Positions 1 through 14,429 of a stretch of DNA of 64,000 nt are shown here, piece after piece. Where the stretch lies: contig NC_087437.1 in NCBI RefSeq assembly GCF_036321535.1, positions 35,404,001 through 35,468,000 on the forward strand, read 5' to 3'. The translations under genes and the position numbers were made by a program. The DNA comes from Camelus dromedarius (Eukaryota). The first letter of the stretch is position 1. The number at the start of each line of letters is the position of its first letter. The notes under the pieces were generated by a model. That model did no database searches, was not told where the DNA came from, and worked only from the letters and a program-made list of their open reading frames with translations.

Positions 1-665
1 CATGGTGTTGATTTAATGGTCAGTTGATTGGCAATGAGGGAACAGAAGCTGAAAGCATGGTGATATGTCATATTCAGGAAGAAATAATTGGAAAACTCTC
101 ACCTAAGAAACAGATCTGTATTTAGTGATTAGTGCATGAGAAGAGGTTAGAGAAGAGGATGCAAGTTTTGCATGTTGGTTGCTACAGATTGCACTGCCAA
201 GGAATAGCATGAAAGAGATGATCATTTTTCTATGCAGGTTCAGGGACCATGCCACACACTATCAGCAGTGTAAGCCAGTGTTTGTTCCAGTGAAAGAGGC
301 AGAGAGTTCCTCCCTGGAATAGTCTCACTCTGTGGTTTGAAAGTTGTTTCTGGCTTCAGAGCCTCGAAGCCTGACCTTCTGGTTTTCATGCTAGTCCTGC
401 TAGTTTAGGTATATAGTAATACCTAAAGTTATTCAATGCATTTCATTTCTGCTTAAAGTTGCCTTGTGTGTTTTGTTGTTAGTGAGAATCCTGGCTAACA
501 AAGTATGCATACTTTCACATTCATTGAGACAATTTTATTAAGCACTTAATGTGTGTTAGGTACTGGGCCAGATCCTTGGAAATACAACTGTGAACATAAA
601 GGGCATGGACTGTGACTTTAGGAGGCTTAAACTCTTAATTTTTTTTAACGTATTCATCAATTTAT

Positions 666-1548
666 AGTAAGGGAGGAAACATTTTCTTTTTCCTTTACCC
701 ATCTTAGGTTCTCCATCTGGGGCCCCGTAAATTAGAGTGACGGAAGTCAGAGCAGCAAGAGAAAAACAAATGAAAGTTCATTACTATGTGCATCACGCAT
801 ATACATGGGGGCACTCAGTGCTGAGTAAATCAAAAAGGTGGTTAAGACCTGGGCTTATGTAGCCTCTTAACAAAAGAACAACAAAGTTTTAGAGAGGTGT
901 CAAGATAAAGGGCAAAAAAAAATTTTGAGTTTCTAGAGTGGCAAATTGTGGGAAGATAAATAGTTGGGGGAACTGATGGAATACAGTCGTCCCCTGGTAT
1001 CCGTGGGGATTGGTCTTAGGACCCCACGTGGAAACCAAGTCCCCCATATAAAGTTGTGTATTATATGCCTATAACCTACTCACATTCTCCTGCATACTTT
1101 AAATCCTCTCTAGATTACTTATAATACTTAATACAATGTAAATGCTGTGTTGCAAATTTAGGTTTTGCCCTTTGGAACTTTCTGGAGTTTTATTTTGTTT
1201 TGTTTTGGAATGTTTTCAGTCGGAGGTTCGTTGAATCTGCGGGTGCAGAGCCTGCAGATATGGAGGACTGACTGTAAAAGGGCTGGTTGAAAGGTATATT
1301 ATGTAGGTTCATCTGGTGATGTCACTGGGCTGATAAGGATCTAGAGTTGTCTCCAGCAGTCAGCTTCTGTGCTCCTGGGAGAAAGGGGAGGGGAAACACC
1401 TTTACAAATGTTATGTCCTGCTTTTAGGAAAACAAGGGAAGGGCAGAGAGCATTTTTTTGTATATGCGTCTTTTTAATTGCCTTCAGCTCAAATTAATTC
1501 TTATGCCAAAGGGGCGTATTTTAGGGAGGCATATTCTGCTACCCTTCA
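666..1548 (-). mobile_element. Solo LTR, MER34-like (ERV1), interrupted by a MER2-like element
   Basis: Right end reads TGAAGGGTAGCAGAATATGCC on the - strand, matching the MER34-type 5' terminus; homologous to 32807-33329. Left boundary approximate. Confidence 0.7.
984..1274. mobile_element. MER2-like TcMar-Tigger non-autonomous DNA transposon
   Basis: Imperfect terminal inverted repeats CAGTCGTCCCCTGGTATCCG...GATATGGAGGACTGACTG, flanked by TA on both sides (982-983, 1275-1276). Confidence 0.8.
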
Positions 1549-4439
1549 TTATATGTAATATATTTCAATAATGTATATCACAGAGCTAGTCATCTTCAGA
1601 CACTATTTCAGAAATAAATTTGTATCTATTATTTATATGACATTTCATAATGGAAACTATTTTCATTTTAACTCAGAGATAAAACCAGAAACATAAATAA
1701 ACAAGAGAACATTTGTATCTCTTATAGATTTTTTTTTACAGTTTTTAATGTTAACTCTAATTTACTTTTGTTATACTTATCAGATGATTTTATTTCTTCC
1801 TGGAAGACTGTTTCACTACTCAACAGTGAAACAATGCCTTTTTTAAAGTTAGTGCTAATTCTTGAGTTTGACACCAGATGCTTCATTTTGAAAAAAAAAA
1901 AAAACTGCAAGAACAGAATAAAATTTTGCATCTTTTAAATATATCTCCTTTTAGCTGTTTACTTCATACTCTATGAGTTTTATTTAAGGAGATGAAAAAA
2001 TTAGACTTTCTATAGCAATTGAAAAGTTTGTTTATACACAGCTGCAAATTATCTTTGACAAAATAGAAAATAACATTTCATCAGAAGCTATGTTTTTCAA
2101 ATAGCACATGCTTTCCTGGAGTTTTAACTGAAACTTTAACTTTTTTTTTCTATAAACACGGAGATGCATTTAAGGGGTAATTAGCAGGAAGTCATTTAAC
2201 TAACTTAAATCTCTTGGATAAGTGTGATTTCAAATCTTTGGGAGCTGAATTTTTATTATCATGATAAATTAATTTCTCAGGACAGAATGTATTTTGCCTA
2301 AGAAACATTCACTACTGAATATAAAGTGTGGATTTTAGAGGTAAACCTCCTACGTGAAGCTACACTGGCACATTCCAAATCATTCCGACATGATTTATAT
2401 GGGGACTGCTAGTCATAGTTGCCTTTGGAAGCTGCGTTCCAAATGGGAGTTGGAAATAAAGCTAAAGGTTTCCCCCTTAGGAACACTGCAGAGCAGGGAG
2501 GAGATGCAATAAAAAGGTATGAACACTAGATCTGAGATCATGGGACCTGGCTCTGCTATTAAATACCTTTCTTTCTCTTACCTATAAAGTGAATGAATTG
2601 GGTTGTATGATCTCTAAAGTTCCCTTGAGCTTTAAGTTCTGTGACATGAGACAAATAGGATAGAAACAATAAAAATAATTGAGACTTCTTTAAGCTATAC
2701 ATTGAAAAGGAAACTAAAGAAAAGAGTTGTGCAATGGAAAACTTTGACTTCATCATGGATGCTTCTTATTAGAATTCTTTAGTGCTTGCCTCACTGGTGT
2801 TGATTACATGAAAACAACTACCTTGAGTTAAATTAATTAATTCCACAGCAAGAGAAAACAAGAAATGCCCAGCTCAGATAAATGGGAAGGAATAAAGGGA
2901 ATAGGGCCAAAGATAAAAATGAACTTTCAATTCTAAGAGAGATTTTTTGATGAATCAATTTTGTACATTTACTATAGTGTTTTATATTTTGGTTGTGTAT
3001 TGAAATATAATCATGTTGTGTTAAAAAAATTGGTACATAAAGCTGACACTCTTTGTCTTGATTTAATATGATATGAGGGAGCTAAGGATAGAAAGGGTCT
3101 GACTCATTGTCTGGAGTGAAAAGTAGGTAAATTAGGAATTTGGGGGAAACAAATGTCTATTTAGGAGTCTGGTCATGATTGGTTTTGGGTGGAATTTTGT
3201 GACCTGGATAAAGAGTTGGTGGTTATTGTACTTGGTGTGGTTATAAACTAAACGGATCCTTCTCAGAGGTAACACCAGAAAGTTTGCCTACCTATCTTGA
3301 TGTGTACAACTTGTTAATATCTCTGCAAAAGAAAAAGCCTTAGTCTCCCTGCAAATTTTTTAATGCTCTGAACTAACCTCTAATGTTGTCCACCCTCCTC
3401 TCTGTTATTAGACTGCTCCAGCTGTGGGTTCTCTAGTCCTGGTACTTCTCTGCCACTATGCTACAAACTCCCCCTTAGGAATCATTTGCCAGCCTTCTTA
3501 CAAAATGTGCACCCTTTTAATATGTAAAGCACCCGAAATTGAATGACCCTGGGTGAGAGTTCCCACCTTGTCCCCTTATTGCAAGTGGAGGTCTTATTTT
3601 TAAGCTGTTTGAGTGCAGTATCTTTTATTAGGGTCCCTGGGTATAGTGAATGCTTAATAAATAATAATGAAGGTTTTAAAATCTCATTTTACAAATGAGA
3701 AATCAGAAGTGTTTTGGCCCATGTGGATTAACAAGTCATCGAGTGAGTCAAACTTTATCTTCAAGATCCCCGCAGAGTATATCCAGTTCCACCTGAGGTG
3801 CAATATCAGGTGAGGAAATAAAATGAACATATTCATCCAGCACAGGATAGAAGAAAGAGATTTTTCCCAAAACAGTAAAAATGTTCATAAATGACGAGAT
3901 TTTAATTGTTAGTGGCAGGGAATAGTAGCCATACTGTGATACAGCTATGGAACATGCATAAAAAGTATGACAATAATTATTTGCTTTACAAAATAAAATC
4001 GGGAATGAATCCTGTGATGTTATTTAAGGATAACCCTGTCATGTGAGAAGTGGGAGCAGAAAAAAATAAGCAGTAGACTATTTTGCATGAGTATAAAATC
4101 ATATTTAAAATATCTGCACTTCCTGTAAATAAGGCACTCTGCTCTAGAATGTAATAGAAGAGCCTATGGACAAAAAGATGCCCATGATGTCCAAGGTGTT
4201 TATAGTGCATGGGGCCAGGGATGGAGTAGGGTGGGGAGAAGGATGAGGACAGAAGACACATATGACTTAATTTCAAGCTTGATTAAGATAATTATCATCA
4301 AGATAATAGAGTACAATGAGCATTCTAAGGAGAAAGAGACTTTATACAGACAGGAGAATTAGAGAAAACTTTGCAGGGGGCTTGTAAGATGGATGCATTT
4401 TTGACAGGCCAAAATAGCAGTAGAGATGGCAACATTTTA

Positions 4440-5175
4440 TCTTTTTAATTTTTATTTTTTCCAGTCCAGAGATTTTTCTTTGTTTTTTAAATTAAAGTAT
4501 AGTCAGTTTACAATGTTGTGTTAATTTCTGGTGTACAGCACAGTGATTCAAAGATACATATATGCATATATATATCCCTTTTCATATTCTTTTCATTATG
4601 GGCCATTACAAAGCATTGAATATAGGAATATAGTTCCCTGTGCTATACCGTAGGACCTTACTGTTTATCTGTTTTATATATAGTAGTGTGTATCTGCAAA
4701 TCCCAAAATCCCAGTTTATCCCTTCACCCTTCCTGTCCCATAACAATTTAAGTTTGTTTTCTATGTCTGTGAGTCTATTTCTGTTTTGTAAATGAGTTCA
4801 TTTGTGTCAGTTTTTAGATTCTACATGTAAGTGATATCATCTGGTATTTTTCTTTCTCTTTCTGGCTTATTTCACTTAGTATGACAATCTTCTGGTCCAT
4901 CCATGTTGCTGCAAATGGCATTATTCTTTTTTTGTGGCTGAGTAGTATTCCATGTGTGTATGTACACACACACACACGTACACCACAACTTCCTTATCCA
5001 ATGATCTGTTGATGGACATTTAGGTTGCTTCCATGTCTTGGCTATTGGACATAGTGCTGCTATGAACACTGTGGTGTATGTATCTTTTCAAATTAGACAT
5101 GTCTCCAGATATACACCTAGGAGTTGGATTGTTGGATCATATGGTAAGTCTATTTTTAGTTTTTAAAGGAATCTC
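4440..5175 (-). mobile_element. 5'-truncated LINE-1 (ORF2 C-terminus + 3'UTR)
   Basis: T-rich tail at left; ORF 4872-5069 ([24 protein letters not shown]) matches the ORF2 C-terminus of the full-length L1 in this window. Confidence 0.9.
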
Positions 5176-5990
5176 AATTTTAGATACAGGAATCAACTCT
5201 TTCATTCTTTAGTAACAAATCGTTAAGTACCTACTGCATACCTGCCTAGGGTAGAAAGTGGCAGCCTAAAATGAATAAACATGACTTCTACTTCGAGTAA
5301 CTTTCAGTCTGGGCAGATTTGTCTTACTGTGTCTGTGTTCATGGAGGGATCCTTTTTGCTGTTATAGCAGTGCCTTTAGTAATCCCAGTGGAGGAAAAAT
5401 TCTTCCAATTCTTAGCTACAAAGTCTTCATAAAATGATTGGGGAGTTCTCAGCCTTTCTTTACAATTTGACTCACTAGTTATCCTCAGATCTAATTATAT
5501 TGCACTGATGGGGATATGTAATGGGAAGGGGGTATTTTGAAGGTAGACCCTTTACAAAAGTGTGAGCCATGTGCGTACTCTTTCAGTTCTGACTTCCCTC
5601 TCTTCTCACTTCTCCCTTCTTTCTCTAGAGCTCTGGTTTCAGACCCATGGAGTCTCATACCCTGCCATCTCTCAGGAATTTTCACTGCTCATTGAAGGAG
5701 AAGTTTCTGTCTCTTTCTGAACATTCTGGTAGCTCATGAATGCAAGAGACTGATATTCTTTTTATGACCAGGATGTCTTAGTCAGCTCTGGCTGCTGTAA
5801 CAAAATACCATAGACTGAGTGGCTTAAACAACATTTTTTTCTCACATCCCTGGAGGCTAAGAAGTCCAAGATCCAGGCACTGCCAGATCTGGTGTCTGGT
5901 AAGATTCTGCATCCTGGGTGTATGTAGATGGCTGCCTTCTTGTTGTTTCCCTATGTGGCAGAGAGGAAGCAAGCTCTGGTGTCTCTTCTT

Positions 5991-6100
5991 TTTATTGAAA
6001 AAAAAAAAAAGGGTATTCTTTTTGTTAGTGAAGGTACTGGGGACTGAACCCAGAACGTCCATGCTAAGCATGTACTTTACCACTGAGCTATACCCAGCCC
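5991..6100 (-). mobile_element. tRNA-derived SINE (Vic-1-like)
   Basis: Reverse complement reads GGGTATAGCTCAGTGGTAAAGTACATGCTTAGCATG...GGGTTCAGTCCCCAGTACC (A/B boxes); TCTCTTCTT occurs on both flanks. Confidence 0.8.
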
Positions 6101-6150
6101 TCTAGTCTCTCTTCTTATAAGAGCACTAATCCTGTTCCTCAGGATTCTAC

Positions 6151-6578
6151 TGTCAGCCGAGGGAGGCTGATGTGGGGATCTAGGAGGTGAGTGGCCCAAA
6201 CGAAAAAATGCATGAGGAGTTGCCATACCACCGGACAGACTTCAGCTGGAGACACCATGGGGTTAACAACACTTTATTGCCACAGGGAGGTGCGCGCCTA
6301 TGATGCATCTGTCCTGCTTTTATCTGTTTTCTGTCAGCACATGCGCAGCCTGAGTTTCTTTGTTCATTAGGCTTGCAGAATATCTCTAGCACATGCGTAC
6401 TTCTATTTCCTTTGTTCTAAATCTTATATAATTGACGCATGCGTGGAGCAATTATTTACTGCATACTACAAACATGCTCTGTAATTGTGGCCTTGGATCC
6501 CATAGCCTTAACTTATCTCAAGGCTCTGGCTGTGTCTTTGGGTCCCACGGCCTTAACTTGTCTCCAGGCCTGCTCACA
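6151..6578 (-). mobile_element. Solo LTR with 5-bp TSD
   Basis: TG...CA termini; TCTAC at 6146-6150 and 6579-6583; AATAAA and TATA-like motifs on the - strand. Confidence 0.8.
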
Positions 6579-7719
6579 TCTACCCTCATGGCTTAATTAC
6601 CTCCCAAAGGCTCCACCTTCTTCTCCATCACATTGTAGGTTAGGATTTCAACATATGAATTTGGGGGGACATATGCTGTTCATATGATGACTTCAAAGGC
6701 AGGGAGACAGAGTTAGTAGACTTCAGCCCTGTATTTAAAGGTGATGGTGTGACTTAAATTACATTCGCTTTTCCTTCCAGCTACCTAAGAAGAGAGCACA
6801 TTTTTTTCTGAGCATCCCTTTTTTTCCCCAAGAAAAAAAATTTAATATATGGAAAGAATATTTCCCCTGTTGATGTGACTTCAGCACTGCCCTTTGTGAA
6901 ATAAAACCCTGTAAATATTGTGATGGTATCACTGGACCCCTCGGTCTTTTTTATATTATAAGAGTTGCCATTCTGGCTCTAACTGGTTCTCTCTTAGCCA
7001 TTTGGGATGAGTGGTGCCAGCTCTATTGAAGTGCTTTCTGAATCCAAATCTTTCCAGATAGAAGGGATTTTTACCTGTGTGTATATGGGTGTAAGTGTAT
7101 GGGGAGGTCAGTTTCTTTCTGAAAAGTTTAACATAGGGGGGAAGTGTTAAAAGAAAGCTGGTGTATCTTGGACTAGAAGTGAGCTTGAGTATTAAAATAC
7201 CAAAATGAATTTGCCATCAGGTAGACATCTATTAAGAGATTTTACAACATAAATTCCACAGTGTATGCATGGGGTCTGGATAAGACCCAAGAGATTAGTT
7301 ATCTATCACCCTTGAAATGAGGTTCAGCTGCTATCCAGGTAACAAATGTGTCTGGTGCAAAGGAATGTGGAGAGGAATTTTCCTGAAAAAGGAATTTTAA
7401 ATGGTGTATCCTATATATAGTTCCACACCATTTTACTCCCCCAGAAAAGATGGCATTTGTTTTAGGGAGGTAGATTTGAATAAATTTGCCTCTTTGGGCG
7501 CTAATCAGTATGCAGAGTTTCAGCCAAGAAAAGCCAATTTCTCTCCTATAATTTTAACTCTCTTGGAAAGTGTTGGGGCTTAAACTTCAAATGCTGGGGC
7601 AGCCTCCTCTCCTCCTTTTGACTGATGGTGAATAAATACTAAGAGTTCTTTATTAGAGGCACAGCCCTGCCCTTTGTATCAGTAAATTACATAGCTGTGG
7701 GGGCTGGCTCCTACCTCAG

Positions 7720-8380
7720 GTGTCGATTACAAGGTCTGTGTAACCCCAGTGACTCTCTTGGCTTCCAGGTCTGTCCACAGAGGGGTCCCCACTCTCCCTG
7801 GTCTCCATCACCTTTGCCAAAGGCCCTTCATCCTCCTGTTGCCCTTCTGTCTCAGGGCCCTCCTGGGCCACCTGCACACTGGGCGATTCACTAGCAGGAT
7901 TCACAGATTTCAGCATCATACTCTCAGCTCAGATTTGTTAGAGCAGCCCAGTAAGAATACACAACCAGATGGAAGGGGGAAAACGCATCAGGCAGAGTCT
8001 GGAGGAATCTGTGTGCAGGCGTCCTATGCCCTTTCCCCCCAGGAGGGGTCGCACACAGCACCCTCTCCTCCCGCAGAAAAAGTGCATGTGTGCAACGTGC
8101 CTGCCTAGGGAAGGCTGCTTGTGATTGAGTCCAGGGTTTTCACTGGGGGCTGATCACAGAGGTACCAGTAAAATTCCAAACTCTAAGGTGGAAAAAGAGT
8201 GGGTGCTCACCATAAAAAATGTTGTTTGTACAGTTTAAGCAAGCTGGCACAGCAGTCCAACCTCATCACTTAGTGAACGATGTAAAAGCCATGTTCCCAG
8301 ATGCCAGCCAAGGACCAAACTTGAAAGCAAAACCTTCTAAAGATAACAGCCTCAGGGAAGCTGTATTAGCTCTTTCTGCA
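7720..8380. mobile_element. MER21-like LTR (degenerate)
   Basis: Motifs such as GGGTTTTCACTGGGGGCTGATCAC and TCTAAAGATAACAGCCTCAGG...GCTGTATTAGCTCTTTCTGCA resemble the MER21 family; boundaries approximate. Confidence 0.55.
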
Positions 8381-9319
8381 AACTTTCCTACTTCTGTTGG
8401 TTTGGAACCAATGATTTGGTTTTGAGTCCTGAAGACATATATGATGTTTGTTTACCTCCCTGATCCTCAGTTCTCTCACCTGGAAAATACATTTGGAATC
8501 CAGCTACCATGACTTGGCACAAAACAATTGAATTCAAAACAATTGGTTATAAAGTAGGTTGGTTGGGATGACAATTTTATCTAAAATGAATACCTTCTAA
8601 AATTAGTTCAAGAAGTTTTTTACTAAAGTGTGTTGTAAACTATAAACTGAAATGCTCTCCAAAACATTATTTATTATCCCTAATTTTCTGGCTCCCAGCA
8701 TGGTACATGCTGGTCTTCTCCAGGTAGTTCCAAGCTCTCTGTGTACTTTGGGGACTGGACACTGGGTGGCAGAGGTGCTGCTGCAGGAACGCCGTGTTGT
8801 GACCTTTGTGGAGAAAGGGACACCACTCTGTGCCTCACCTGTTTCACTTCAGAAACGATACAAAGGAAACATCTGATCTCGCTTTACAGCATGAAAGTTA
8901 GAAGCACAGATTCTAAATCCAGGTGGCCTCGGCTTGAGTCCAAACTCTTCCACTGACTAGCTTTTTATCCTGGGCAAATGTTATAACCTGTCTAAGCCTT
9001 AACTTCTTTATCTATGAAATGAGATAAAAGCAGCAATACGATTGGGTTGTCCTGAGCTTCAAATGAGCTGATAGAAATAAAGTGCTTATAACAGTATCTG
9101 GCACTTGGTTAGTACCTTGTAAATATTTACTCTTATTAGTGTCAACTTTATTGATATCTTCAATATTGTGTTCTGTAACAGAAAGAAAGTAGCCAGGGAG
9201 ATCTGGATTCCCTTTCTGGATCCATCACTGTTTGTGTGGCTGGGAAAGTTATATAACCTCTTTAAACACTTTTCTCCCTAGATAAGAAAATGGGAATGAT
9301 CTTTATCTGGCAGGGTTTT

Positions 9320-9467
9320 TGTGTGTGTATGTGTGTGTGTGTGTGCATTTAGGATTAGAAATACTATAAATAAAGTAGCCAATATGTAGTAGATACTTAG
9401 TAAATTATTGTTATTGTTCATTGATTCATTCTGTGTGTGTGTGTGTAATATATATATATATATATAT
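9320..9467. repeat. (TG)n and (TG)n(AT)n microsatellites
   Basis: Directly visible at ~9320-9345 and ~9433-9467. Confidence 0.85.
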
Positions 9468-9911
9468 TTCTATAGCATGCCTATTGTGTGCCAGGCATTA
9501 TTCTGGACTTTGGAGAAATGGTGTTGAGTAAGATAAGTCACTGCTGCTTGCTGCTGACCTGAGCATGAGGAAAGACACATGGTAGATACGTAAACTCATG
9601 CATTCATAATCTAATATCAGACAGTGATTAAGTGCAGTGAGGCAAAAAGCCCCAGGGAGATAGATGCTAAAGCCAAGTGAGGCATGGAGGGTAATTCGAG
9701 GCTGAGATGGTGGCTTTGGATAGGGTGAGGAAGGACAGTCCTTATGAGAAAGTGACATGTCTATAGAGGCTGGAATCAGGTGAATTAGAGAGAGGCACAG
9801 AGACCTGGGAAGAAAAGTGACCCAGGCAAAGGGAAAAGCAAGGGTAAAGGCCCTGAGCTGGGAGACAGCTTGGCATGTGTGAACAGTGAAACACCCCATG
9901 TGGCAGAAGGG

Positions 9912-10376
9912 TGACAGAGGGGATCAGAATGAGTTTCCCCAAAATATGCCACTTTGACATGTGGATAATTTTGAGCAGAAGGCAGTTAAGATCCAGCGGA
10001 CTCAAGAAACTTTATCTCTCCCTTAACTACCTAAAAGAATTTAGATGGGGTTCCTGGTGCAGAAAAAGGGCTATTACCAGAGATACCTTTTTATCTGAAT
10101 GACTTATCCGTATGGCAGGACAAACATCTAACTACCAAACACCTTCTTATATTTTGTGAGTTGCCCCCCCCGGCCCCGCCCCCATGAAGCCCAGGCCCCG
10201 ATCCTATTCCTTAGCTCAGGATGGCTTATAAGCCTCAACTGCCCAACTTGCCCTTGAGTCTCATATTCTCATGGGGGCTTCATGCATATGTAAGTAAATT
10301 TGTTTTTCTTCTACTAATTTTTCTTATGTTAGTTTGGTTATTAGATCAGCCTAAGGACCAAAAAGCTCCTCCCCTG
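9912..10376 (+). mobile_element. Solo LTR, MER34-like
   Basis: Start contains CAGAATGAGTTTCCCCAAAATATGCCACTTTGACATGTGGATAATTTTGAGCAGAAGGC, homologous to the reverse complement of the 1470-1548 end. Confidence 0.7.
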
Positions 10377-11934
10377 TGATGTTAAGCAATGGCAGAAGGA
10401 TGAGGATTAGAGAGACAGGTGAGTCATGACCTCACTACTCAAGGGAGGAATGTTGGGTTTTCTTCAAAGGGAAAGGAGCAGCCGTCATAGAGTGTAAGCA
10501 GAAAGGTATAATCTGATTTTCATTTAAGAGCTCAGTTGGTAGCTGGGCAGGATTGGAACCGGGGGAGCAGGTAGGAGTCTCAGAAAATGAAGCAAATGAT
10601 GATTTCCAGGACTATGTGGTGGAAATAAGAATGCTGAGACTACGGGATTGCAAATATTATTATTAATAATCTTATTTATATTTTAGCTTGTGATTCCTAG
10701 TATTGCTAACATAAAACAACTTTCATTTCATTCAGAGCAACACAAATGCAAGTTAACCTTTCCCCAAATAATATTTTCAAAGGGGTTCCTTGGTATTTTT
10801 GAAATGGACATATCATAAAGGAGAAATTTTATGAAGTGGCCTTATTTTATCCTCCTCCCAGCTACATGGGAGTGAGGCTTACTGCTTTTGTGATTTCTCA
10901 TATTTTTTCACTATCAAACCCTCAAACAACTTAGAAGAGGAAGGGGTATCAACATCTTGGGTGTCATTTGTGCAGTGATGATTCTGAAAATGTCCCATCA
11001 ACTGGTCTTCACTGGTTATAGAATTTTCCTTCCGGGCATCTGCTTTCTGCTCATCTAATGGGGTGTTGAATTTCCCCAGAGGAGGAGTAAAAGCTTGGTT
11101 GTCAGGGTGGTTGTGGTGTTTTATGCAGGTTGTTGCTTATCGACCCTGTTTGGATGTTTTTCTTCTGTCAGCATTTGATGGGATTCTTTCATCTGTGATT
11201 CAATGTTTATATTAAACTCCATTTATTTCTCTGCTCTTCCTCAAGACTTCATTATGTGAAAAGAAAAGGCCTGTGGTCCCTAGTGCTGATTTTCTGGTCT
11301 TTTGGGGAGGCTGTCTGTGGCAATGCTGCTTAGTAAAGACTATTTAGTTGGTTACCATGTGCTGGATCACTGCATAAAGGGCTGGTTGGGAAAATGGTTC
11401 ATCATGCTTGCCATGTAAGAATCGAATTCAAGGAAGCCTTCAAACACCCAAGCAGATCACTCGGGTAATAACAGAAAGTCATTCTCTAATGTCATGTATT
11501 TATTTGAAGGCAGAAAACTATGGAAGTATATATATGCATGTACTTCAGAAAAGTCTTAAAATGTGGTGGACTAAAACAATTCTCCTTTGTAAGACAACAA
11601 GTTTCTTTTTAGTCTGAAGAGGGAAAAAGCAGGGCTTTTTTCCTTTTCTTTGAAGGAGAACAACTGTAGATTGAAGCTTGGTGCTTGCTCTGCCAACTTT
11701 TGGTGATACATTTGGCAAGTCACTTCTCTGTGGCCCTTATTTGTAAAATAAAGGGTTAGATCAAAAGATTTTTAAGGTCCTTCTATCATAAATAGTCCTC
11801 GAGGTGGGCTGATAGCTTTTCTTTTACTATTTATGTTAATATCTCTAGCTATTCCTGAACTTGGTGAGTATTTTATTAAATAACTCATTCAAAAAGTAAT
11901 TTTTGACTTTTATCTTGAGAATCTCTTAGAAATT

Positions 11935-12553
11935 TTTCTCTTTTTTTATTGAAGTATAGTTGATGTACAAAATTATATAAGTTAAAGGTGTACAGCATAG
12001 TGGTTCACAATTTTTAAAGGTTATATGCTACTTATAGTTCTTATAAAATATTGCCTATATTCCTTGAGTTATACAATATATCCTTGTTGCTTGTTTATTT
12101 TATACATAATAGTTTGTACCTCTTAATCTCCCACTCCTATATTGCCCTTCCCTGCTTCCCTCTCCTCACTACTAGTTTGTTTTCTATATCTGTGAGTCTC
12201 TTTCTTTTTTTTTCACTAGTTTGTTTTATAGTTTAGATTCCACATAGAAGTGACATCATACAGTATTTGTCTTTCTTTGTCTGACTTATTTCACTTAGTG
12301 TAATGCCCCTGAAGTCCACCCATGTTGTGGCAAGTGGCAAAATTTCATTTTTTGTGGCTGAGTAGTATTCCATTGTATAAATACACCACAAATTCTTTAT
12401 CCAGTTATCTGTCAATGGACACTTAGGTTGTTTCCATGTCTTGACTATTGTAAATAGTGCTGCTATGAACTTTGGGGTGCCTGTATCTCTGAATTAGAGT
12501 TACCTCCGGATATATGCCTACAAGTGGGATTGCTGGATCATATGGTAAGTCTA
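11935..12553 (-). mobile_element. 5'-truncated LINE-1
   Basis: T-tail at left; ORF 12233-12415 ends ...[20 protein letters not shown]...SLLCGI, the ORF2 C-terminus. Confidence 0.9.
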
Positions 12554-14283
12554 CAAAATAGTCTTTAAAATGAGTGTTCTCACCAGGTCATATTCTTATG
12601 AATCAACTATTACAAGACTTTTAGAAATGCTTGTTAAAGATAACAACAATGGCATCTGTTGCTGCCAGTATAAAATCCCAGTACTTTATAGACATCTCAC
12701 TTCATCTCCCCAGTAACGTGTAAATAAATATGCTCATTTCTCTTCCAGAGGAGGCAACTGAAGCAGAAAGTTTAAGCATTTTGCCTAAAATATTGTTTTC
12801 ACTACAGGCTCAAGTTCAATCCAGTACATGTTCACTATAACAGTGGTACACAGAGTTGGGTGACAAGAGGCAGAAGGGGAGAACAAGATGGTCTTAGGAT
12901 ACATGGAACTTCCAGTACAGAAGAAGTGGTTGAGTTAGAGAGTTGGTCCTCCTGCTTCTGCCCTGGGCACTTCATAACACCTATTGTATGACATATTTAC
13001 TTTATTATCCATTTCTCCCTGTTAGAATGTGAGCTTGATGAAAACAGAAAGCACATTTTTTTAAATTGTTATACTCCTTTATATCTAAAACCTTGAACAA
13101 TGCTGGCGACATAGTAGGTGCTGGAAATAGCCTATTCATTGAATGAATGCATGACTTGATGTTCTGTCTACAGCATGGGGCATACTGAATACTGAGACAA
13201 TAGATTTTTAAGGGAGGTGCTGTGGAGACACAGTGCAATCAGAGATTAATTCTGACACATAGTGAGGAAGACTTCACAAAGGAGAAGGTGTTTGAATTAG
13301 ATTTAAAGTACAGGCAAGGAAAAGACAGGTGTGGAAAGTTTAGGGCACTGAGAGTATTTGTAAAAGCAGTTAACACAAACTGAGCACTCTTTCTCTACTA
13401 GGTATTGTTCTAGGCCTGTGTTACACACATTATCTCATTTGACCATCACAACCTCGTGGAAGAGTAGATGCTTCATTATCACCCTGATTGGGGAATGGTG
13501 ACCTATATAATAAAGTGGGGAGTAAATAGCAATAAAAAGGTTTATATTTTGGAACACCTTTCATGCCAGGATAAGGAATGTGAATTTATTTGTGAAGGAC
13601 ACGAAAAACCATTTGTAGTAAGAATGGCGTTGTTAAATCTGTGATGGAGGGAAGTGATTTGATATTGAGGTGACGGATGTTTTAAAAGTTAAAGACACTG
13701 CTAGCAGGTAGATCAGACAGGAGGCTATTTCACTAATTCAGGAAAAGTGATTAAGATATGGCTTCTCCAAAGAAGATGAAAAGGACTGAAGTGATATTTG
13801 TGGGACACTGTGGCCTTAGAATTGACAGGATTAAAAAAATCAACCATGACTCAGTTTTTGACATGGAGCAATTCCTCGTTGCTGTCCGGATTGGAAATAC
13901 TTGAGAATAATCAGGTTTATAAAACATCTAACAGTATTTTTAGCCATTTTGAATAGGCTATACCTTTCAGACCATTAAGGTGGTGCTAGAGTCACAAACT
14001 ATTGAAGTTGTCTGGGATTATAAATGTTATTTATTCATGTAATGCCTTCCTTTTGCATATGAGGAAATGAAAGCACAGAATAGTAAAAGTCCTCTTCTAC
14101 AATCACATCTTTAGTCGGTGGCAGAGACAGACATTTGAAAACACAAGTCTGGGACTTAAGAAAAGATTATGAAATAATGAGGTACATATGAATCATGAAC
14201 CCTGACAAATGTTATAGAAATTGACATGGCTATTTTTCAGATATTACAGGGACCATAACGAGTTTGATTTAAAATACTTCCTA

Positions 14284-14429
14284 GGAGTGGAGGGGATAGC
14301 TCAGTGGTAGAGCATGTGCTTAATATGCAGGAGGTTCTGGGTTCAATCCCTAGTACCTCCATAAAGTAAATAAATAAATACATAAATAAACCTAATTACC
14401 TCCTCCCAAAATAAAAAATAAAAATTGAT
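14284..14429 (+). mobile_element. tRNA-derived SINE (Vic-1-like)
   Basis: GATAGCTCAGTGGTAGAGCATGTGC...GGGTTCAATCCC; A-rich tail; TSD AAA[A/G]TACTTCCTA at 14271-14283 and 14430-14442. Confidence 0.9.

Larger units (their letters stand above)
5774..6685 (-). mobile_element. MLT1-type MaLR LTR hosting a SINE and a younger solo LTR
   Basis: Begins TGTCTTAGTCAGCTCTGGCTGCTGTAACAAAATACC and has GGATTTCAACATATGAATTTGGGG near the end, both typical MLT1 text. Confidence 0.75.

Noticed and set aside
8741..8956. ORF with CDLC...CLTC resembling a B-box zinc motif
   Set aside because: Short, non-ATG start, lacks the remaining ligand pattern and convincing splice sites; likely chance.
14284..14360. tRNA-like sequences (also ~6035-6100, 25674-25755, 42382-42460)
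   Set aside because: They have A-rich tails and, where visible, TSDs, with degenerate stems; they are SINEs, not tRNA genes.
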